DNA of 64,000 nucleotides from an archaeon (GTDB lineage Archaea; SpSt-1190; DYHY01): NCBI GenBank assembly GCA_043803745.1, contig JAZDJS010000002.1, positions 1 to 64,000 of the forward strand, read 5' to 3'. Shown piece by piece: positions 60,981 to 64,000 of this stretch (position 1 is its first letter; each line of letters starts with the position of its first letter). The notes under the pieces were generated by a model. It saw only the letters and a program-made list of their open reading frames with translations, ran no database searches and was not told where the DNA came from. The position numbers and the translations under genes were made by a program.

Positions 60981-63900
60981 ATGGCCCATCTCATTTCCCT
61001 TGCGATAAAGAGCTTCAAGTCGTTCGGAAGGCTGACGACGATGAACTTCTCCGAAAAGCTCACCGGAATTGTCGGGCCCAACGGCAGCGGAAAAAGCAAC
61101 ATAATGGACGCGATATTCTTCGTAATCGGGAGCAGCCGCATAACCGCAATGCGCGCAAAGCGCGGCGGAGAGCTCATATTCAATTCCAAGACGATAAAGC
61201 CGGAATATGCGGAGGTCCGCCTTGTAATAAGCAATTCAGAGCGGGAGTTTGGCGAGGACTGGGGGGCTGCTCTGACGATTTCCAGGCGCGTCAGGGGCGA
61301 CGGACTTTCAGCATACCGGGTCAACGGACGGAGGATGACGCGATTCCAGGTGGTCGACATCCTTGCAAAGGCGAAGGTTTTTCCGGACGGCCACAACATT
61401 GTCCAGCAAGGGGAGATCGCCGGGCTTGTCAAGAAGAACTCGGACGAGCGGCGGCAGATAATAGAGGAACTTGCGGGAATCCGCGAGTATGACGAGAAGA
61501 AGCACAAGGCATTCCTTGAGCTCGCGGTCGTCGAGCAGAAAGTCAACGAAATAAACGGCCTTCTGCGCGAAAGGCAGCGGAACCTTGAGCGCCTGAAGAA
61601 GGAACGGGAGCAGGCTGCACGGTTCGGGAAGCTCCTTGAAGTCAGGAAGCTTTTCGAGGATTCGATTGTGAAGCGGCGCCTCGAGGAGCGCGAGGAAAGC
61701 AGGCAGAAGCTTCTTGGCGAGCGCGAGTCCGAGGAGAAGGGCCTTGCCTCCGTCGACGCCCAGCTTTCAGAATGCTCTGCGAAGGTTGATGGCGAGAAGA
61801 AGGAGCTTTCCGCGGTTGACCGGAAGCTTTCCCAGCTCCAGTCGGGGGAGAACCTGAAGATAGTGAAGGAGTCGGAACGCATTTCAGGCTCGCTTCAGGC
61901 GAAAACCGCGCGCGCAGCCCAGATTGACGAGCAGGTCCTTTCCGGAAAGAAGCGGCGGGAGGCAATCCTCTCAAAGGAAATCCCCGAACTGGAAGCCCAG
62001 CTTTCGAAAAGGCGCGCAAGGGTTGAGGAAATCCAAGGGGAGATTTCCCAGCTCGAGGCGGAGATTTCCGCGGCCGAGAAAAGCCGCCTGGAACTCCTTT
62101 CGGTTTTCTCACGGGAAAGCGAGGCGCAGAACCGGCACGAGGAGGCCCGGAAGGGCTTTGAGGATGTGCTTGCAAAGCTTTCCGCCGAAGAGCGCAAGGG
62201 GACTTTCGAACTCGAGCGGCTTGCGTCCCTTGCATCCCGCCTCGAGGAGGAGCGGGAATATTCCGAGAAGGGTCTTTCCGAGCTAAGGAGGAGAAACGCC
62301 GAAAGGGTTGCTGAAGCGGGGAAGCTCGAAAAGAAGCAGGCTGACGCAATCGCGCGCGCAAGGAAGCTTTCGCAGGAGCTTTCCGAAATCAAGGTTGCCC
62401 TTTCCGAAGCGACCGCCCTGCATTCGGAAAAGGTTTCGAAGGTTTCCCTAATTTCCGGGAAGCTTGGCGAGGTATCCTCTTCGGAGCGGGACCGCGTTCC
62501 GGACCTTGCCGCGAAATTTCCCGGTTTCCTCGGGAGGCTTTCCTCCTTCATCAAGCGGGGGACGACGCCGCAGAAAATTGGACTGCTTGGAACCTCCCTC
62601 CTTCCCAACTCAGTTGTCGTTTCTGACAGGAAGACCGCCCTCGAGATTGCCGAATATGTGAAGAGGGAAGGCGGTTTCGGACGCCTGTCAATCCTGATTC
62701 TCGGGGAAGGCGCGCCCTCGACCCGGGAGGCTGAACAGCTTGAGAAGCTCGTCCCCTTCTCCGACAGGAGAATCTCAGCCGCCCTCTCGTCATTTGTTCT
62801 CCCGAAGGGGCGGAAAATCGTCCCGAGCCTCAGGGAGGCCCTCGAAGATGGCAACGCCCTGACAGAGGACGGGGAAATCGTCTCAGTCAACGGGCGGATT
62901 GTCGAGGTAGGGGAAATCGTCCTTCGGGAAACCATTGAGGCGGAGCTTTCATCGGAGCGGGAGCTCCTTGAGGCTGCCCAGGCCAGGAGGGACTCCATTG
63001 AAAAAAGGGCTCTCGAGCTTTCCTCGGAAATTGCCTCAATCGAGTCCGAGGGGGCGCGCATTTCCTCGGAAATAGCGAAGAGGTCCCCCGGGAAACTTGA
63101 CCTTGCGGAGGAGAATCGCCTTTCCGAGAAAATAGAAGCTTCCGAGACTGAGCGGAACAAGGCCCTTTCCGAAAAGGAGCGGATTCTTTCGGAGCTCGCC
63201 CGGACAAGGGAACTGAGGGCTTTGGAGGAGAAGAAGCTCTCGGAAATAACGCCCCCGGCAAGAAAATCCGATTTCGATTTTTCCAGAATCAAGAAAAGCG
63301 AGGAGGCCCACGCCGCGCTCCGGAAAAGGCATTCGGAGGGTTCCCTTGACGTCTCCGAGAACAACCTCCGGATAAAGAACTATCTCGTGCCCGAGATAGA
63401 GAGCCTGGGTCGCCTTGTGAAAAGCCTTGAGAAGGAGGAGGAAAAGCTTCTTTCCGAAAAGGAGAAACTCGGCAAGGAAACCGCCGAATTGCGCACCCAG
63501 GCGGAGGAGTTCGACAAGCTGGTCCAGGAAAAGCTGAAGGATCTCAAAGACGAGGCTGCGCGCAAGGAGTCGATGGCCAAGGAGCTCGAGAAAGACGAGA
63601 GGAAGAAGTACGAGTTTCTTGCCCGGAAAAGCGCTGTTGAAAGCAAAATATCCCTGTTTTCAATAAGGATTGAGGGGGAGGACAAGGAGATAGCCGAGCT
63701 TTCCGTCCAGATTTCCGGAAGGCTCAAGTTCATTCCGGGAACTGTGAAAAAGCTTTCGGCAAAGCTGTCTGTGATTTCCGATAGGATTGCGCGCCTCGGG
63801 GCGATAAACCAGCGCGCCCTTCTCGAGTTTGAGGAGGCCGAGGTGGAGTTCAAGGATGTTGAGGTGAAAAAGACGAAGCTCGAGGAGGAGCGCCAGTCAA

Positions 63901-64000
63901 TACTCACGTTCATGGAAGCCGTTGAGACGAGAAAGAAGGAGGTTTTCATGGAGCACTACAATTCAATTGCCGAGAACTTTGCGAAAATCTACTCGCGCCT
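60981..64000 (+). CDS. smc: Chromosome segregation protein SMC (3'-truncated by the window edge; absent from the supplied ORF track)
   Basis: FKSFG, GPNGSGKSNIMDAI, IVQQG, a coiled coil, a hinge near 62490-62920, and LGAINQRALLEF...FMEHYNSIAENF. Confidence 0.95.
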   Translation, partial: MAHLISLAIKSFKSFGRLTTMNFSEKLTGIVGPNGSGKSNIMDAIFFVIGSSRITAMRAKRGGELIFNSKTIKPEYAEVRLVISNSEREFGEDWGAALTISRRVRGDGLSAYRVNGRRMTRFQVVDILAKAKVFPDGHNIVQQGEIAGLVKKNSDERRQIIEELAGIREYDEKKHKAFLELAVVEQKVNEINGLLRERQRNLERLKKEREQAARFGKLLEVRKLFEDSIVKRRLEEREESRQKLLGERESEEKGLASVDAQLSECSAKVDGEKKELSAVDRKLSQLQSGENLKIVKESERISGSLQAKTARAAQIDEQVLSGKKRREAILSKEIPELEAQLSKRRARVEEIQGEISQLEAEISAAEKSRLELLSVFSRESEAQNRHEEARKGFEDVLAKLSAEERKGTFELERLASLASRLEEEREYSEKGLSELRRRNAERVAEAGKLEKKQADAIARARKLSQELSEIKVALSEATALHSEKVSKVSLISGKLGEVSSSERDRVPDLAAKFPGFLGRLSSFIKRGTTPQKIGLLGTSLLPNSVVVSDRKTALEIAEYVKREGGFGRLSILILGEGAPSTREAEQLEKLVPFSDRRISAALSSFVLPKGRKIVPSLREALEDGNALTEDGEIVSVNGRIVEVGEIVLRETIEAELSSERELLEAAQARRDSIEKRALELSSEIASIESEGARISSEIAKRSPGKLDLAEENRLSEKIEASETERNKALSEKERILSELARTRELRALEEKKLSEITPPARKSDFDFSRIKKSEEAHAALRKRHSEGSLDVSENNLRIKNYLVPEIESLGRLVKSLEKEEEKLLSEKEKLGKETAELRTQAEEFDKLVQEKLKDLKDEAARKESMAKELEKDERKKYEFLARKSAVESKISLFSIRIEGEDKEIAELSVQISGRLKFIPGTVKKLSAKLSVISDRIARLGAINQRALLEFEEAEVEFKDVEVKKTKLEEERQSILTFMEAVETRKKEVFMEHYNSIAENFAKIYSR

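Noticed and set aside
60917-63949. Long minus-strand ORFs (321, 489, 189 aa and others)
   Set aside because: These are Ser/Phe/Arg-rich antisense shadows of the plus-strand smc gene, which the ORF track missed because it has no stop codon within the window.

Overview
Gene-dense 64-kb stretch of an archaeal chromosome, most likely a DPANN-type lineage. This is inferred from PGF-pre-PGF surface proteins, TATA boxes about 25 bp upstream of near-leaderless starts, CxDSDGG/Cys-rich secreted proteins, HTH-MNT/HEPN pairs and an archaeal SMC. No rRNA, tRNA, CRISPR array, integrase or transposase was recognised. Layout: (1) 1-15 kb is an accessory region with two MNT-HEPN toxin-antitoxin pairs, a secreted Cys-rich protein, an ArsR-thioredoxin-permease operon, a DUF5320-DUF134-NifB/X-MinD(4Fe-4S)-CcdA operon, ZIP/Fur and a LonC-like protease. 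These blocks are separated by copies of a degenerate intergenic repeat. (2) 16-27 kb holds a 2673-aa secreted Ca-binding repeat protein whose C-terminus resembles the pore-forming hairpin of large clostridial toxins, translationally coupled to a membrane-anchored PGF-pre-PGF protein. (3) 27-45 kb contains gene fragments (CcdA, GT4, GT2, ZIP), ion antiporters, large surface glycoproteins and an apparently permuted DHH protein. (4) 44-64 kb contains a ParB/Srx-fold gene coupled to a dTMP kinase-HAD fusion, ABC transporters, a membrane pyrophosphatase, a PlsC-like acyltransferase with other phospholipid genes, a ComEC-like hydrolase and SMC, which runs off the window. All calls come from motif recognition by eye; no database searches were run.
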